Part shown: piece by piece, positions 62,522 through 64,000 of the stretch
Layout: every line of letters begins with the position of its first letter
How positions within the stretch are numbered: the stretch's first letter is position 1
From: a virus
Taxonomy: Duplodnaviria > Caudoviricetes
Length of the DNA: 64,000 nucleotides
Virus record (IMG/VR): IMGVR_UViG_3300008262_000105
Coordinates: 1,217 to 65,216 of that record
Strand: one strand, 5' to 3'
Translations under genes and position numbers: made by a program
The notes under the pieces: model-generated
Seen by the model: the letters and a program-made list of their open reading frames with translations, nothing else
What the model was told of the DNA's origin: nothing
Database searches by the model: none

Positions 62522-64000
62522 TTAGATATTAGCTAAATCTTTAACATAAATCTTACCATAGAATTCAGGACGAACCATCTTCTTAGCGTAACGAGTCATA
62601 ACTCCTCTACGTGGAGTGAAGTTCTGAGGGTCATACACTAATGGAGTCATAATCAATGGTACATATGGAGCGTAAACAGCACCTGTCTCAAGGAAGTTAT
62701 TTCCTCTGAAGCCCATTAAGATTTCGTTAGAAGTCATATATGGGTTTTTGTACACAGTGAATCTGTTGCTCATAGAACCTACTGCAGTAACACCAGCTGC
62801 AAATTGCATTGCATCTTTATCAGCGTTAACTGTGAATCCAGGAATTGATTCTAAGATAGTACATACATCAGGAGATGCAACTACGAAGTTAGCACCACCA
62901 CGAAGTGTTAATTGATGAATTTTGTTAGAAACTTTGTTCAACTTAACACCTAAAGTCTGATACCAAGAATTCTTAGTATAGTAAGTGTTTGCACCAGAAG
63001 GTACTGAAGAACCCCAAGCTGTTTGGCCTGTTGCTCCGTTGTTCAAATATTCTTCACCAATTGTTGCTGACCAGTAATCAACTGTCAATGCGTTAGCTTT
63101 TAACATATCTAAGATTTCAAGATCAATCTCTAAAGAGATATAATCAGATAACATAGAAGTTAATTCAGCTTCTGCATCAATTGAATGGTAAGCGTTTAAG
63201 TCTTGCGCTAATTCAGGAGTCCAAACTGCTTTCAACTTACGAGTCTTAGCAACGATAGCCTCTGATTTCAACTCAAGATCAATTTCAGGAATATCCAATG
63301 CAGTTGTTGTGTTACCTGCACTGTTTAAAGTTCCATCTTCGAAGTCACCTCTATCTGAAGCAACTGGTTGCTCAGAGTAAGTGATAGTAGCTGTTCCTGG
63401 TGCTGAAGATACTCCTTGATAAAGAGATACAGCAGAAGATGCAGATACAAATAATACTACGTTAGTACCAGATACATAGTTGTATTGTGGTAATTGTGAA
63501 CCAATTTTTGAGTTTTGAGCTGCAAAAGTTCTTACTGATTCAGTATCAGCTACTGAAGAAATATTACTTTTAGCTATAGTCAACTTAATAACTTGGTTAG
63601 CTGCAGCAGATGCAGAAAGTGCTGCATCAAATCCTAAATCAGCCCATGTAGCAGATGCTGAAGTAATTAAACCAGTAGAAACTGATACAGATGCATCATT
63701 TACTGAATAACCACTTCTACCTTCACCGTAAAGACCGTTTACAGCTGCGTTAGTTCTACCAAAGTTAGCTGTAGAACCAGTTACGTTAGTACCACCAAAA
63801 AGTGATTTTGCAGCGAATTTGTCTGGCTCACCACCTTGAAGAGAACCATATTTGAAATCTAAGAAGAATACAAGACCAGAAGGAAGGTTCATTGGTTGAA
63901 CACTAACGAATTCTTTCGCAGCGATTTCACCAAAGATTCTTCTTACTAATGGTAATGCAACACCAGACCATTCTTCAGAACCTGCTGAAGTACCAGTTTG
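62522..64000 (-). CDS. Major capsid protein (T4 gp23-like), 5' end outside the window
   Basis: The frame is open to the window edge (…ALPLVRRIFGEIAAKEFVSVQPMNLPSGLVFFLDF); AKTRKLKAVWTPELAQDLNAYHSIDAEAEL, YAPYVPL and FTPRRGVMTRY motifs. Confidence 0.97.
   Translation of the reverse strand, partial: QTGTSAGSEEWSGVALPLVRRIFGEIAAKEFVSVQPMNLPSGLVFFLDFKYGSLQGGEPDKFAAKSLFGGTNVTGSTANFGRTNAAVNGLYGEGRSGYSVNDASVSVSTGLITSASATWADLGFDAALSASAAANQVIKLTIAKSNISSVADTESVRTFAAQNSKIGSQLPQYNYVSGTNVVLFVSASSAVSLYQGVSSAPGTATITYSEQPVASDRGDFEDGTLNSAGNTTTALDIPEIDLELKSEAIVAKTRKLKAVWTPELAQDLNAYHSIDAEAELTSMLSDYISLEIDLEILDMLKANALTVDYWSATIGEEYLNNGATGQTAWGSSVPSGANTYYTKNSWYQTLGVKLNKVSNKIHQLTLRGGANFVVASPDVCTILESIPGFTVNADKDAMQFAAGVTAVGSMSNRFTVYKNPYMTSNEILMGFRGNNFLETGAVYAPYVPLIMTPLVYDPQNFTPRRGVMTRYAKKMVRPEFYGKIYVKDLANI

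Noticed and set aside
1-64000. Stop-codon reassignment (alternative genetic code), as found in some large phages
   Set aside because: The standard code gives full-length genes with near-complete coding density, and TAA, TAG and TGA all appear as real stops.

Overview
AT-rich window from a large contractile-tailed (T4-superfamily-like, probably jumbo) phage. Every credible gene is on the minus strand. In transcription order: major capsid protein (5'-truncated), neck and tail-terminator genes, three giant fibre or decoration proteins (4678, 3790 and 2791 aa) with small adaptor and chaperone genes, tail sheath, tail tube, a tail-assembly-chaperone pair with a probable frameshift, tape measure, baseplate genes, a complete tmRNA, a short family A DNA polymerase, a secreted non-specific nuclease, a 1861-aa multidomain protein, a hypothetical gene, and the start of a peptidoglycan-binding (endolysin-like) gene. 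Two exact TTTG-N20-TAnnTTTG promoters and a signal peptide followed by Gln point to a Bacteroidota host. The most striking signal is in the 4678-aa protein: 25 copies of a ~100-aa helical repeat with invariant C-x-R-D that resembles the bilin-binding helix of phycobiliproteins. The neighbouring 3790-aa protein carries two cupredoxin-like domains with an intact type-1 copper ligand set. All assignments come from reading motifs and synteny by eye; no database searches were run.
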